Assembly: GCA_051251855.1 (NCBI GenBank)
Contig: JBPOGI010000003.1
Coordinates: 1 to 64,000, forward strand
Length of the DNA: 64,000 nucleotides
From: Roseibacillus sp.
GTDB lineage: Bacteria; Verrucomicrobiota; Verrucomicrobiia; Verrucomicrobiales; Akkermansiaceae
Direction: 5' to 3'
The position numbers and the translations under genes were made by a program. The notes beneath the pieces were generated by a model. That model did no database searches, was not told the DNA's origin, and saw only the letters and a program-made list of their open reading frames with translations. Each line of letters starts with the position of its first letter. Within the stretch, counting starts at the first letter, position 1. Shown here piece after piece: positions 34,915 through 45,397 of the stretch.

Positions 34915-37026
34915 TCAGTCAAGCTTCACTTCGAAATCGAGCTCTTTGCTCAAGAAAGTGAACTTGTCGGTGGCTTGTTCAATGCGCTTTGAGGTTGGCG
35001 TTCCTGCGCCATGGCCAGACTTGGTTTCGATACGAATCAGCATGGGCTCGGGGCCTTCGTTGGCCGCTTGGAGTGCAGCCGCAAACTTAAACGAATGCGA
35101 GGGCACCACTCGATCATCATGATCAGAAGTGGTCACCATCGTGGCCGGATAATGCGTGCCCTTTTCCAAATTGTGATAAGGTGAATAAGCCTTGAGAGCT
35201 TTGAATTCTTCTTCTTCATCCGGGGAACCATACTCTGCTTCCCAAGCCCAACCGATGGTGAATTTATGGAAGCGCAGCATGTCCATCACACCCACCGCAG
35301 GAAGACAGGCACCATAGAGTTCAGGCCGCTGGACCATACAAGCTCCCACGAGAAGCCCTCCATTAGAACCGCCTGAGATGGCGAGTTTGGGAGTTGAGGT
35401 ATAGTCTTCTGCAATGAGGTATTCTGCCGCTGCAATGAAGTCGTCAAAGACGTTTTGCTTTTTCAGCTTCATTCCTGCTTGGTGCCAATCTTCACCATAT
35501 TCTCCTCCTCCGCGTAGGTTGGGTAAGGCGTAGACTCCTCCCAGATCGAGCCAAGTCATGACCACTGGAGAATAGCTTGGAGTGAGGGAAATGTTGAATC
35601 CTCCGTAGGCATAGAGGTAGGTAGGGTTCTGGCCATTGAGTTCGATTCCCTTTTTGTGAACGATAAACATGGGCACCTTCGTTCCGTCCTTGGACGAGAA
35701 GAAGACTTGCTTGATTTCGTAGTCGGCTGGCTCGAATTTGGATTCAGGGCGCTGATAGACTTCGGATTGATTACTAGAAATCTGGTAGCGAAAAATCGTT
35801 CCTGCATCGGTGAAAGAAGAAAAGAAGTAGAAGGTTTCTTCTGAGTTCACTTTCCCCCAAAATCCTCCTGCGCTACCCAGACCAGGCAACTCGACCTCGC
35901 CTAAGGAAGTTCCATCTTCAGCGAATCGCAGAACCTGACTGTGTGCGTCCTTCATGTAGTTCGCAATCAGGATGCCCCCCACATGAGATACCGAACGCAA
36001 GGTAGCCTCGTTCTCAGGAATCAGGGTTTTCCACGCTTTGCTGGATGGATTTTTCAAGTCTACCGCAACAAGCTTCTGCTTGGGAGCATCGAGGTCGGTG
36101 CGAATGAAGAAAGTGTCCCCCACGTTACTCACGAAGGTGTAGGAAGCATCGAAATCTGGAAACAGCTCCACGACTTCGGAGTCTGGCTGAGTGAGGTCCT
36201 GATAGAACAACCCGTTCTTGGTATCAGTGCCTTGGGTAACATAGAAAAGAAGGTAGCGACCATCCTCAGTAATCTCGCTGTAGAGTCCCCAGAGAGGTTG
36301 GTCGGGGCGTTCGTAGACGAGCTTGTCTGCCTTTTGCTCTTCGCCGAGAAGATGATAGTAGATTTTCCTGTCGGTGTTTTTGGCCGTGAATTCGTCACCC
36401 TCTTCGGGTTCTGCAAAACGCCCATAGTAAAAACCCTTGCTATCCTTTGACCAATCCACTCCCGAAAATTTGGTCCACTTCACCTCGTCAGAGAGGTCTT
36501 TTCCGGTTTCGATTTCCCGCACTTTCCACTCCGCCCAATCAGAACCCGACCGAGAAAGCGAGTAGGCCATATACTTACCATCGGGAGAGATGGAGTAACC
36601 ACTTAAAGAGATAGTACCGTCCTCAGAGAGCTTGTTCGGGTCGAGGAGGATGGTCGCCTCCTTTTCTAACGAAGTTGTAGAATAGATGACGGACTGATTC
36701 TGCAGACCATCGTTCTTGGAAAAGAAGTAGCGCCCGCCTTCCTTGTAAGGGATTCCAAAGCGCTCATAGTTCCAGAGCTCGGTGAGGTGCTTGTTGATGG
36801 CATCTGCACCAGGAATCTTTTTGAGATAGGCTTCGGTGACTTCGTTTTGCTCCTTCACCCAAGTCGCGGTTTGTCCGGAGTTCAAATCCTCGAGCCAACG
36901 ATAAGGATCGGCGACTTCGATTCCGTGCAAGGTTTCGACAATGTCGCCGGGGTGGGAGTTGGGATAAGTCATGGGCTCGGCAAAGAGGGAAAAGGGAACA
37001 AAGGCCAGAAAGGCTCTCATCATCAT
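34915..37026 (-). CDS. Prolyl oligopeptidase (S9A)
   Basis: DPYRWLED, YGGFN, GGSNGGLL, DHDDRV, GHGAG. Confidence 0.96.
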   Translation of the reverse strand: MMMRAFLAFVPFSLFAEPMTYPNSHPGDIVETLHGIEVADPYRWLEDLNSGQTATWVKEQNEVTEAYLKKIPGADAINKHLTELWNYERFGIPYKEGGRYFFSKNDGLQNQSVIYSTTSLEKEATILLDPNKLSEDGTISLSGYSISPDGKYMAYSLSRSGSDWAEWKVREIETGKDLSDEVKWTKFSGVDWSKDSKGFYYGRFAEPEEGDEFTAKNTDRKIYYHLLGEEQKADKLVYERPDQPLWGLYSEITEDGRYLLFYVTQGTDTKNGLFYQDLTQPDSEVVELFPDFDASYTFVSNVGDTFFIRTDLDAPKQKLVAVDLKNPSSKAWKTLIPENEATLRSVSHVGGILIANYMKDAHSQVLRFAEDGTSLGEVELPGLGSAGGFWGKVNSEETFYFFSSFTDAGTIFRYQISSNQSEVYQRPESKFEPADYEIKQVFFSSKDGTKVPMFIVHKKGIELNGQNPTYLYAYGGFNISLTPSYSPVVMTWLDLGGVYALPNLRGGGEYGEDWHQAGMKLKKQNVFDDFIAAAEYLIAEDYTSTPKLAISGGSNGGLLVGACMVQRPELYGACLPAVGVMDMLRFHKFTIGWAWEAEYGSPDEEEEFKALKAYSPYHNLEKGTHYPATMVTTSDHDDRVVPSHSFKFAAALQAANEGPEPMLIRIETKSGHGAGTPTSKRIEQATDKFTFLSKELDFEVKLD

Positions 37027-37077
37027 GGGTGCGAAAGTAAGATTTCGATAACAACCTGACGAGTGAGAAAAAAGTCC

Positions 37078-37965
37078 CTATTCTGCGAACGCGTGTTCGA
37101 GCTGCTCGCGCATGGTGATGAGAGGCCGTCCCAGTAAATTCTGCAGGGTCGGATCGACCGAATTCCACGCGTCGTTGCGGGCCGCCAAGTAAAGTCCGAG
37201 CACCATTTCGATGATGGAGTCAGGAATCCCCCCAGCAACAAATGGAGCCCGCATCGCATCGTCGCTGAGGATGGTGTGCGTGATCTGCTTTTCTTGTAGC
37301 TGAGAAACAAGCGCGGCCAGATCGGCAAAGTCGAGAGCTTCGGGGCCGGTGAGAGGCGGGGTCGCTCCTTCGAATGCGGCTTCCCCCGTCAGAATGAGCG
37401 CGGCCGCCTCCGCGAGGTCGCGGTGAGCAACCCAGGAAATTTTGCCATCTTGCGCTGTAGTCAACTGGCCGGTGGTCAAGGCGTCCGCCATCATCTGAAT
37501 TCCACTAGTGCCGTAAAACCCGTGGCGCAAAATGGTGAAAGGCACCCCACACTCAGCCAAGATCGCTTCACTCGCGGCATAGTCCCGCATGGGTGGAAAA
37601 GGAGAGGAGGCACTCGCCGCCATTTGACTGGTGAAAACGATGCGCTGAGCCCCCGCCTTCTTGGCCGTGTCAAAAACGGCGCGATGTTGAACCAACGGAT
37701 CTCCTCCAGAAGCACGCGCATTCGACGAAACCACGAGGATTCTACCGACCCCTACAAAGGCCTCCGCTAAGCTTTCCGGTTGCTCATAATCCGCCCAACG
37801 CACCCGCACCCCCAGCGACCTCAACTCATCCGCCTGCTCAGGAACACGCGTCGTGGCCACGATTCGGTCCGCCGGATAACGATCAACTAACGCCCGCACA
37901 ATAAGCCCACCCAACTGACCAGTACTCCCAGTGACAACGAGGAGGGGTGACTCTGTGGTATTCAT
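37078..37965 (-). CDS. NmrA/QorB-like NAD(P)H-binding oxidoreductase
   Basis: VTGSTGQLG, GV.VR.ADY, DLAEAAA, LTGPEA. Confidence 0.9.
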   Translation of the reverse strand: MNTTESPLLVVTGSTGQLGGLIVRALVDRYPADRIVATTRVPEQADELRSLGVRVRWADYEQPESLAEAFVGVGRILVVSSNARASGGDPLVQHRAVFDTAKKAGAQRIVFTSQMAASASSPFPPMRDYAASEAILAECGVPFTILRHGFYGTSGIQMMADALTTGQLTTAQDGKISWVAHRDLAEAAALILTGEAAFEGATPPLTGPEALDFADLAALVSQLQEKQITHTILSDDAMRAPFVAGGIPDSIIEMVLGLYLAARNDAWNSVDPTLQNLLGRPLITMREQLEHAFAE

Positions 37966-38114
37966 TGAGGAGGGGTTTAATAGGAGGTCACACAAAAACG
38001 AGCTCTTTTCCACCAAGAGGCCTCCCTATCCCTAAAGCTTAGGAAAGCTTAATCTTTAAGTTGCAACTTGAAGCAAATCAAGAAGTCTGTCATAAAAAAG
38101 CTATCTTTTCCTTT

Positions 38115-41100
38115 ATGAAAATTCGCAGTGCTTGGGCGCTTCCCTTCGGATTGGCGGTGCTTCTCGCTATTGTCATTTCTCTAAAGCCCCACGATGATTC
38201 TCAAGAACGGAATCAGCGCGGTCAGATTTCTCATGGAGGCACGACGCCCCGCGACCAATCGCGATTGAAGTCTAAAGCTCAATCCGTCTCTGTCTCCCAT
38301 CGGTTTACAAAGCAGTCAATGCAAACTGTTCAAGAGGAGCTCGAAGAAGTTTTAGCCGCTTCTACTCTCGGAGCTCCACTGAGTTTCGAACTCGCAAAGC
38401 TACCAATGCGTGGAGAGGTTGACTCTCGGGTTGAGAGGCACGGACTGATTCATTTGGGAATCACTCTCCAATCTCCCGAGGGGCGGATGGTGGTCACGAT
38501 TGAGAATGAAGTGATTTCGTCCGGACACGTTTTCTTTCATGGACTTAGCGAGGCATTTCGGATCGCACACGACTATCGAGCTGGAGAAACTCTCCTCTCC
38601 GCGGTTGCCGTTGATGAGATTATTTGTGCGGCAAGTGAGGCGACCTATCCCCCACAGGCTGGCTATCCCGAACACCTAACGGAAGGACCTACAACCGAAG
38701 TTGCTGCCGCTGACGAGGCGATCCCATTGCTGCAAAGTTTACCAGGAAGCGACTACGTAGCTTACCTCGACTTTGATGGTGAGATTGTCAATAGCCCCTA
38801 CTGGAACAATGGAGAAACCATCGTTGCACAGCCCAAGGCAGTAGCAGGAAATGCAGACTATATTCGTGCTCTGTGGGAAGTCGTTGCAGAAGATTTCCTC
38901 CCCTTCGACCTCAATGTTACCACTGACCGTTCGGTTTACGACGCTGCAGATGCAAGGAAAAGAGTGATGTGTATTACGACCTCGACCAAGAGCTGGTATC
39001 CCAATGCACAAGGAGGAGTCGCCTATGTCGGATCATTCAACAACGATAGGGTCTGCTGGGATTTCAACGGAAACGGAAACACGATTTCCCATGAAATCGG
39101 TCATACAGTAAGTCTTCGGCATGATGGCAGCAGCAACAGGGAATATTATTTAGGGAACTTCGGCGATCCATCTTGGGGCGCTATTATGGGAGCTGGCTTC
39201 AAAGACTTGGTGCAATGGAGCAAGGGTGACTACGTCGATGCCAACAACCAGCAAGACGATGTTGAAGTAATCGCAACGAATAGCCGATGGGACGGGACGA
39301 GTTACTATTCTATTGGAAAACGCTCTGATGATATTGGCGATGGGGTTTCCATGGCTCGACCCCTCAATTCTCCGAATGGAAATGTTTCTGATTCCGGTAA
39401 AATAGAAAGCCGCCAAGACAAAGACTATTTCAGTTTTGAAACAACGGCCGAAGGATATATCGCACTCTCTGTTGAACCCCTACTGCCCCTCGAAAAGACG
39501 AATTTGGCGGTGGCCATCAAGCTCTATGATTCGGGTGAAAACCTCATTGCTAGCAATTCAGACCCCACTTCGACTGGTGCTGAGCTTGAGCTCAATCTGC
39601 CTGCGGGAAACTATTTTTTGGTGGTCGAAGGGGCCGGAAGAGGCACTTGGATTTCCGGTGGCTTCGACGATTATGGCAGTATGGGCGAGTATGTGATTAA
39701 CGGTTTCTTGCCAACTGGTCTGTTGTCACTCAGCGACTATTCTCTAGATGCCTCACAATTCGGAGAAACTTTTTCCATGGAAGTGTCGAGCGTTGATGAA
39801 TGGACTTGGGAGGTTGCATCAACCGTTGATTGGATTTCCTCATCTGCCTCACCTACCCAATCAGGAGGGGAAAACAGAGAGTTCGTGCTCGAGGTGGAAG
39901 AGAATTTCGAATCACGGCGTGTAGAGCGCTCAGCGGAAATTGTTTTCCGCTCGGGAGAAGTCGTACAACGCTTCCTGATCACGCAAGAACCGACGAGCGG
40001 AATCGCCATTGAAGGGGAACGCAATTTCCAGGTTGATGCGGGAGGACACCTCCTCGATATCAGAGTTGAAGGTCCTTACACAACGACAGGTCCGTTCAAC
40101 GGTTGGTCTTGGCAATCTGAAGTCGACTGGATTGGCACTTCAAGTGACGCTGAAACGGGAGGAACCAGATATTACTTCCTCAACGTCGCGGCCAACAATA
40201 CTTCCGAAAGCCGCACCGGCCGATTCATCTTTACTGCCGAAGACAACCGCACCGCAGTGATTACTGTCACGCAAGAGGGAGGAGGGATCACAGTCAGTCC
40301 CGAATCACTCGTTTTAAGTTCTGGAAACCATACCCAATTCATCGCTATCGAGGCGAACGGAGATTGGAATTGGGAAGTTGATTCCGACTCAAATAACTGG
40401 ATTTCCTCATCCGAGTCTTCGAGCCAAAGCGGCTCTAAACCTTTCGGAATCAACGTCGCAGTAAATTCCGGGGCCTACAGAGAGGGCACGATCACCTTCA
40501 CCACCGCAGGCGGTTTCAGTGCGATACTGACGGTGACTCAGGAGGGCAATGGCACACCGCCTGTGGAAGAGATTTCTCTCAGCTCCAACAGCCTTTCGGA
40601 TACAGGATCGGGACAGATTGCTTCCATCGAAGTCACTTCTAACAGTGACTGGTCCTGGCAGTCTTCCGAAGATTGGATCACCTCTGCGGAGGAATCGAAT
40701 CAAAGCGGTAACACCAGTTTCGATTTCAGTATTGCTGCCAATCCGCTGACAAGTTCGCGCTCGGGGACTCTCCTTTTCAGTACTAACAATGGTACCCAAG
40801 CTCTCTTCACGATCGACCAAGCTGCCGGTGATGAACCAGTCGGAGGAGGCATTTCTCTGAGCGAAAGTTCCATTACGATCAATCCTTGGAGTGAGACCAA
40901 AGTCGTCACCATCAACACCCTGAGCGACTGGACTTGGATCAGTTCCGCCCCTTGGATCACTTCCAACGATAGTTTTCAGCAAGAAGGCACAAAGCCCTTT
41001 TACTTCACAGCTTCCGCAAATCCGACCCCATCCCAGCGCTCCGGCACAATCACGTTCACTACCACCGGCGGTTCCAGTGCAATACTGACGGTGACTCAAG

Positions 41101-41924
41101 AGGGTGATGGCACACCACTGGTGGAAGAAATTTCTCTCAGTTCCAGCACCCTTTCGGATTCAGGATCGGGACAAACAACTTCCATCGAAGTCACTTCTAA
41201 CAGTGACTGGTCCTGGCAGTCTTCCGAAGATTGGATCACCTCTGCGGAGGAATCGAATCAAAGCGGCAGCACCAGTTTCGATTTCAGTATTGCTGCCAAT
41301 CCGCTGACAAGTTCGCGCTCGGGGACTCTCCTTTTTACTACCACCAACGGTGCCCAGGCTCTCTTCACAATTGACCAAGCTGCCGGTGATGAACCAGTCG
41401 GAGGGGGCATTTCTCTGAGCGAAAGTTTTCTCACAATCAATCCTTGGAGTGAGACCAAAGTCGTTACCATCGATACCCTCGGCGACTGGACTTGGGTCAG
41501 TTCCGCCCCTTGGATCAGCTCCAACGATACTTTCCAACAAGAGGGCACAAAGCCTTTCTACTTCTCGGCTTCCGCAAATCCAACCCCATCCCAGCGCTCC
41601 GGCACGATCACCTTCACTACCGCCGGCGGTTCCAGTGCGATATTGGCGGTGACTCAAGAGGGTAATCCCGACGCCCCTCACGAGAAGATTACCATCACCT
41701 CGGTAAGCTCAAACGGAGAGGAGTTCTTTCTTGGATTCGTTTCTGTCGAGGGTCTTGTCTATCTTCTCTCGTATTCGCAAGAACTCAATGGAGGTTGGCA
41801 GACGGTCCCCGGCCATACTGATGTCGCAGGCACTGGTGAGGTAATATCTCGCACAATCGATTTGGACTCTCTTCCCAATTCTGGTGGAAAAATGTTCTTC
41901 CGAGTGGAAGAGGTCGGTCCTTAA
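38115..41924 (+). CDS. Secreted zinc metalloprotease with PPC-like and multiple BACON domains
   Basis: YLDFDG, HEIGHTVSLRHD, AIMG Met-turn; repeated W....WI....G......N....R.GTI.F...TVTQ. Confidence 0.88.
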   Translation: MKIRSAWALPFGLAVLLAIVISLKPHDDSQERNQRGQISHGGTTPRDQSRLKSKAQSVSVSHRFTKQSMQTVQEELEEVLAASTLGAPLSFELAKLPMRGEVDSRVERHGLIHLGITLQSPEGRMVVTIENEVISSGHVFFHGLSEAFRIAHDYRAGETLLSAVAVDEIICAASEATYPPQAGYPEHLTEGPTTEVAAADEAIPLLQSLPGSDYVAYLDFDGEIVNSPYWNNGETIVAQPKAVAGNADYIRALWEVVAEDFLPFDLNVTTDRSVYDAADARKRVMCITTSTKSWYPNAQGGVAYVGSFNNDRVCWDFNGNGNTISHEIGHTVSLRHDGSSNREYYLGNFGDPSWGAIMGAGFKDLVQWSKGDYVDANNQQDDVEVIATNSRWDGTSYYSIGKRSDDIGDGVSMARPLNSPNGNVSDSGKIESRQDKDYFSFETTAEGYIALSVEPLLPLEKTNLAVAIKLYDSGENLIASNSDPTSTGAELELNLPAGNYFLVVEGAGRGTWISGGFDDYGSMGEYVINGFLPTGLLSLSDYSLDASQFGETFSMEVSSVDEWTWEVASTVDWISSSASPTQSGGENREFVLEVEENFESRRVERSAEIVFRSGEVVQRFLITQEPTSGIAIEGERNFQVDAGGHLLDIRVEGPYTTTGPFNGWSWQSEVDWIGTSSDAETGGTRYYFLNVAANNTSESRTGRFIFTAEDNRTAVITVTQEGGGITVSPESLVLSSGNHTQFIAIEANGDWNWEVDSDSNNWISSSESSSQSGSKPFGINVAVNSGAYREGTITFTTAGGFSAILTVTQEGNGTPPVEEISLSSNSLSDTGSGQIASIEVTSNSDWSWQSSEDWITSAEESNQSGNTSFDFSIAANPLTSSRSGTLLFSTNNGTQALFTIDQAAGDEPVGGGISLSESSITINPWSETKVVTINTLSDWTWISSAPWITSNDSFQQEGTKPFYFTASANPTPSQRSGTITFTTTGGSSAILTVTQEGDGTPLVEEISLSSSTLSDSGSGQTTSIEVTSNSDWSWQSSEDWITSAEESNQSGSTSFDFSIAANPLTSSRSGTLLFTTTNGAQALFTIDQAAGDEPVGGGISLSESFLTINPWSETKVVTIDTLGDWTWVSSAPWISSNDTFQQEGTKPFYFSASANPTPSQRSGTITFTTAGGSSAILAVTQEGNPDAPHEKITITSVSSNGEEFFLGFVSVEGLVYLLSYSQELNGGWQTVPGHTDVAGTGEVISRTIDLDSLPNSGGKMFFRVEEVGP
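40485..41665 (+). repeat. Intragenic tandem duplication, 558-bp period (~2.1 copies)
   Basis: ggcac.atcac.ttcac at 40485, 41043, 41601. Confidence 0.92.
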
Positions 41925-41928
41925 GCCT

Positions 41929-42984
41929 TTAAGACGAGCTCAATCGATTTACCAACCCCCGCAGGCGAATATCGGGGCCGAATTGCTGGTAGGTGACTCG
42001 GTCGAGGCGAGGGCGTCTTTCGAGCTCGGTGGCGCCAGTGGCCGCTACGGCAGGGACATCACCTCCGCAGACGAGGGGGGCGAAGTAGCTGATCCACTCA
42101 TCGACAAGGCCTTCGTCGAGTAATTGTCCGACTAATCCCCCGCCCGCTTCGACGAGGATAGTTTGGAGACCTTCACTCGCGAGTTGGGTGAGATTCTCTT
42201 TGAGGTCGCCACTCAGAAACTTTGTGGGACCACTTTCGTTGGGTGTCAAAAGATGAGCGCTAGCCGGAAGTCCTGCCTGCGGTTGTCGGCTGAAGACGAG
42301 TCGAGCTGGCTGTTGCTTCTCACTTCGAGGTCCACGATAATCAAGGCGAGGATTGTCGTTCCGTGCTGTAGAACCGCTGGTCAAGATAGCATCGACCTCG
42401 CCACGAAGAACTTGCACGTCAGCACGCGCTTCCGCACCCGTGAGCCATTGTCCTTCTCCGAGAGGACGAGTGATGCGGCCATCGAGACTCATGGCAGTTT
42501 TGACGATGATCCACGGAAGTTGGGTTCGCTGCACTTTAAAGAAGGCGCGATGCAAAAACTCAGCTTCTTCTGCGAGAACTCCAGAAGTGATTTCAACTCC
42601 CTCTTGATAAAGAAGCGCTCGCGCCCCGCCTTGATGGTGAGGATTGGGATCATCGACCGCCCAAATAGCGCGCCGAATTCCATGTTCGAGAATCGCTTGC
42701 GTGCAAGGAGGAGTGCGACCACTGGTAGAACAAGGTTCTAAGGTGATGAAAATTTCGCTCCCTTGAGGATCGTTTCCTTGGCGCCGACAATCCGCCAAAG
42801 CTTCCACTTCCGCGTGAGGCTGACCCGCCCGCGAGTGAAATCCTTTTCCCAATACTTTACCTTCGCGAACGAGGACGGCACCGACGCTGGGGTTGGGTGC
42901 AGTGAGGCCTAGCCCCTTCGTTCCCTCCTCCAACGCAAGGGACATGAAGTGCTTGTCTGAATCTCGCTCGCAGGCACTCATCAA
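41929..42984 (-). CDS. ribD: Riboflavin biosynthesis deaminase/reductase
   Basis: PNP.VGAV, HAE, TLEPC...GRTPPC, K.A.SLDG, VEAGG. Confidence 0.96.
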   Translation of the reverse strand: MMSACERDSDKHFMSLALEEGTKGLGLTAPNPSVGAVLVREGKVLGKGFHSRAGQPHAEVEALADCRRQGNDPQGSEIFITLEPCSTSGRTPPCTQAILEHGIRRAIWAVDDPNPHHQGGARALLYQEGVEITSGVLAEEAEFLHRAFFKVQRTQLPWIIVKTAMSLDGRITRPLGEGQWLTGAEARADVQVLRGEVDAILTSGSTARNDNPRLDYRGPRSEKQQPARLVFSRQPQAGLPASAHLLTPNESGPTKFLSGDLKENLTQLASEGLQTILVEAGGGLVGQLLDEGLVDEWISYFAPLVCGGDVPAVAATGATELERRPRLDRVTYQQFGPDIRLRGLVNRLSSS

Positions 42985-43189
42985 AGATTGGGGAAAAGGT
43001 TGGGAATAACTCGCGAATAAGAGTGAAACAACTCGGCCTTCACATTTTAAATGGCTTTATGGAGAGTTAGCGCCCAGTTGTTTGCGAGGTTATTGCAGGT
43101 GTGGAACGCTGACCACTGCAATGGGGAACACGGGTTTTGGGCAGTTATTCGCATAGAGAAGAAGAAGGTTTTAATGATAAAAATAAAAA

Positions 43190-45397
43190 TTACCGATCCT
43201 TCCTTTGGGCACAAGTGCGTTGCAGGGACTCAACCAAGGTCTCGAACTCTCGAGTTTCGCTCGATTGCAGAGAGTGATTGCTGAAGCGTTCGGAATCATG
43301 GAGATCAAAAAGTCGTTTTAACGATGGCAGAGGGAATTCGGGAAGGACCGTTCTTAGCCAAGTAGAGAGTAACTGACCAGCGGGCTTTTTACCAAGACTC
43401 TCTTCAAGTTGGGGTAGAGAGAGTGTGAGGAGGTTCGTTTTTTGGTCCCATGTTTTTTCCTCGTCGAGTTGGCTTTTTTCTTTACGAATTCGAGAGCCGC
43501 TCAAACGCCAAATAACAAAGGCTGCAAGTGCCACCGCGATGATGACGAGAGCGAGGTTCACCCATCCACGATTTCTTTCGTTGGCACGCCAAAGCTGAAA
43601 GTCTTCTCTAAGGCGCTGAAAGCTGTCTGCAATGCGCTCCTTGAGGTTGGGGTTAGGCGAGTCAAGGGTGAGCCAAGTGGCTGGTGTGAGGTCAACGTCG
43701 GTCCATTGGCCACCACTCCAGACTTCGCGGGAAACGGTGATGGTTTGTTCTTTTCCCCCACTCAACGTGACGATTTGTTCTTCCTCGATGATTTGCTTTC
43801 TGCCTCCTAGATAAGCACGACACCAAGCATGGGCGTGGGAGCCTCGCAAAAGATATTCGCCAGGAGTGTTCGATTGCTCTCGGACCGCAAATCCTACCAC
43901 GTAGTGAGAAGGAACTCCTGCTGCGCGAAGAAGCAGGGTCGTCGCAGTGGCAAAGTATTCGCAGTGACCTTCTCGGGTGTTGGTTAGGAAGTTGATGAGA
44001 GCGGTTTTATCAGCTTGGCTGGTGGTTTTGAGGTGAGTCGAATAACGGAAGTTCTCTTGGAAGAAGGTTCCGAGAGCTTCGATTTTTTGAGAATCGTCGA
44101 GTTCGTTGAGGGAGAGTTGAGCGGCAAGAGAGACCAGCTCGCGAGATTCTCTGAAGTTACTTGGAAGAGCGAGGGAGGTGGTCTCGAGGACTTGGCCGTT
44201 GCGAATGCGTTGAGTAGGAGGGGCTTCACGGAGGGAGGGATCGTCGCCGGTATGAATTTCGAGGTCGACGACGTTGGCCGCGTTCACCACAAGGAGGGTT
44301 CCGAGTTGGCTTTGCTCGATACTGTCGACCTCAAGGGCCTTTGCGATAAGAGTAGGAGCAGGAGGGCAAGGGAGGGCTTTGCGGTTGCTATTGACAGCTC
44401 CGCGCAGGTAAATCGGCCAAGATTTGGGCTCTTCGATTTCGTTGGCCTGAAAGCCTTCAGTATTAAAGGCGAACTCACCTCGGTCTTTTTTGTCGGCAAT
44501 AGTGAGGAGATCGGAGAAAGAACGATCGTAGTCTTGAAAGTTGGGGTCGTGAGAACGCCACTTGCCGCTTTGATAATGGTTGTAGGCGAGGGTCATAGCG
44601 CGCTCGGGAGGCTTCTTTCCCTTGGGCACGCTGAGGCGCCATTCAATTCGGCGGCTCATTTTCAGTTCGCCGAGGCGGCCAATGGCAGTATTTTGTTCGA
44701 CAGGTGGTTCGCTCCCTTGGCTGCTGAGAAAGCCGCCGTTCTTCACCCAGTGATAGAGGGTGACGATTCCTGAGCTACTGCCATAAGTGGCGGCGGCGAT
44801 GAGACTAGCCATGATTATCCAGGGAAGGATGCGGCGTTGTTGGGTCCGGTTGGCAAAGTAAAAAGCGACGGCTGCCAGTGCGACCATCACTGCGAAGTAT
44901 TGCCACTGCTGTTTCATTCCCGAGGCTGGGAACGCGGTGGCGAGGAGTGTGAGAGCAAAATAGGGATAGCCGAGATGAATGCGGGACTCGGGAATCACTT
45001 TACCGAGCCGGCGTTCCCGTTTGAGACGTTGGCGGGCGACAACCGAGAAAATAGAAGTCGGAACTGCTTTGGCTTCTCCGTATTGTTGGGCGAGAATGAG
45101 TGGAAGGAAGATGAGAGGAAGCCACTCGATGAAGGCCAGGATGGCTGCGGGTCCAGAAAGATTGAGAGAGTGAAAGCCCACCGTGCCAGCGAGGGCAATG
45201 AGGGAGAGAATCCAAGCACGTGAGTATCCGCGAAGGTCGAAACGCCAGCGCCAGTTGAGCCAGTTGCGGCCTTCGATGAGAAGAGCTGCGCCCAAGGCCA
45301 TGAGACCATGATTGGTAAGAGCGCCCCATACCAAGAGAGTGACTCCGAGCAGAAGGCGAGGAGGACCTGGGTAGTGGGTGGGTTCGTAGGCGTTCAT
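43190..45397 (-). CDS. Multi-TM transglutaminase-like protein
   Basis: GHCEYFA...LLR..G.P, HAW, W.D.D.TP. Confidence 0.88.
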   Translation of the reverse strand: MNAYEPTHYPGPPRLLLGVTLLVWGALTNHGLMALGAALLIEGRNWLNWRWRFDLRGYSRAWILSLIALAGTVGFHSLNLSGPAAILAFIEWLPLIFLPLILAQQYGEAKAVPTSIFSVVARQRLKRERRLGKVIPESRIHLGYPYFALTLLATAFPASGMKQQWQYFAVMVALAAVAFYFANRTQQRRILPWIIMASLIAAATYGSSSGIVTLYHWVKNGGFLSSQGSEPPVEQNTAIGRLGELKMSRRIEWRLSVPKGKKPPERAMTLAYNHYQSGKWRSHDPNFQDYDRSFSDLLTIADKKDRGEFAFNTEGFQANEIEEPKSWPIYLRGAVNSNRKALPCPPAPTLIAKALEVDSIEQSQLGTLLVVNAANVVDLEIHTGDDPSLREAPPTQRIRNGQVLETTSLALPSNFRESRELVSLAAQLSLNELDDSQKIEALGTFFQENFRYSTHLKTTSQADKTALINFLTNTREGHCEYFATATTLLLRAAGVPSHYVVGFAVREQSNTPGEYLLRGSHAHAWCRAYLGGRKQIIEEEQIVTLSGGKEQTITVSREVWSGGQWTDVDLTPATWLTLDSPNPNLKERIADSFQRLREDFQLWRANERNRGWVNLALVIIAVALAAFVIWRLSGSRIRKEKSQLDEEKTWDQKTNLLTLSLPQLEESLGKKPAGQLLSTWLRTVLPEFPLPSLKRLFDLHDSERFSNHSLQSSETREFETLVESLQRTCAQRKDR

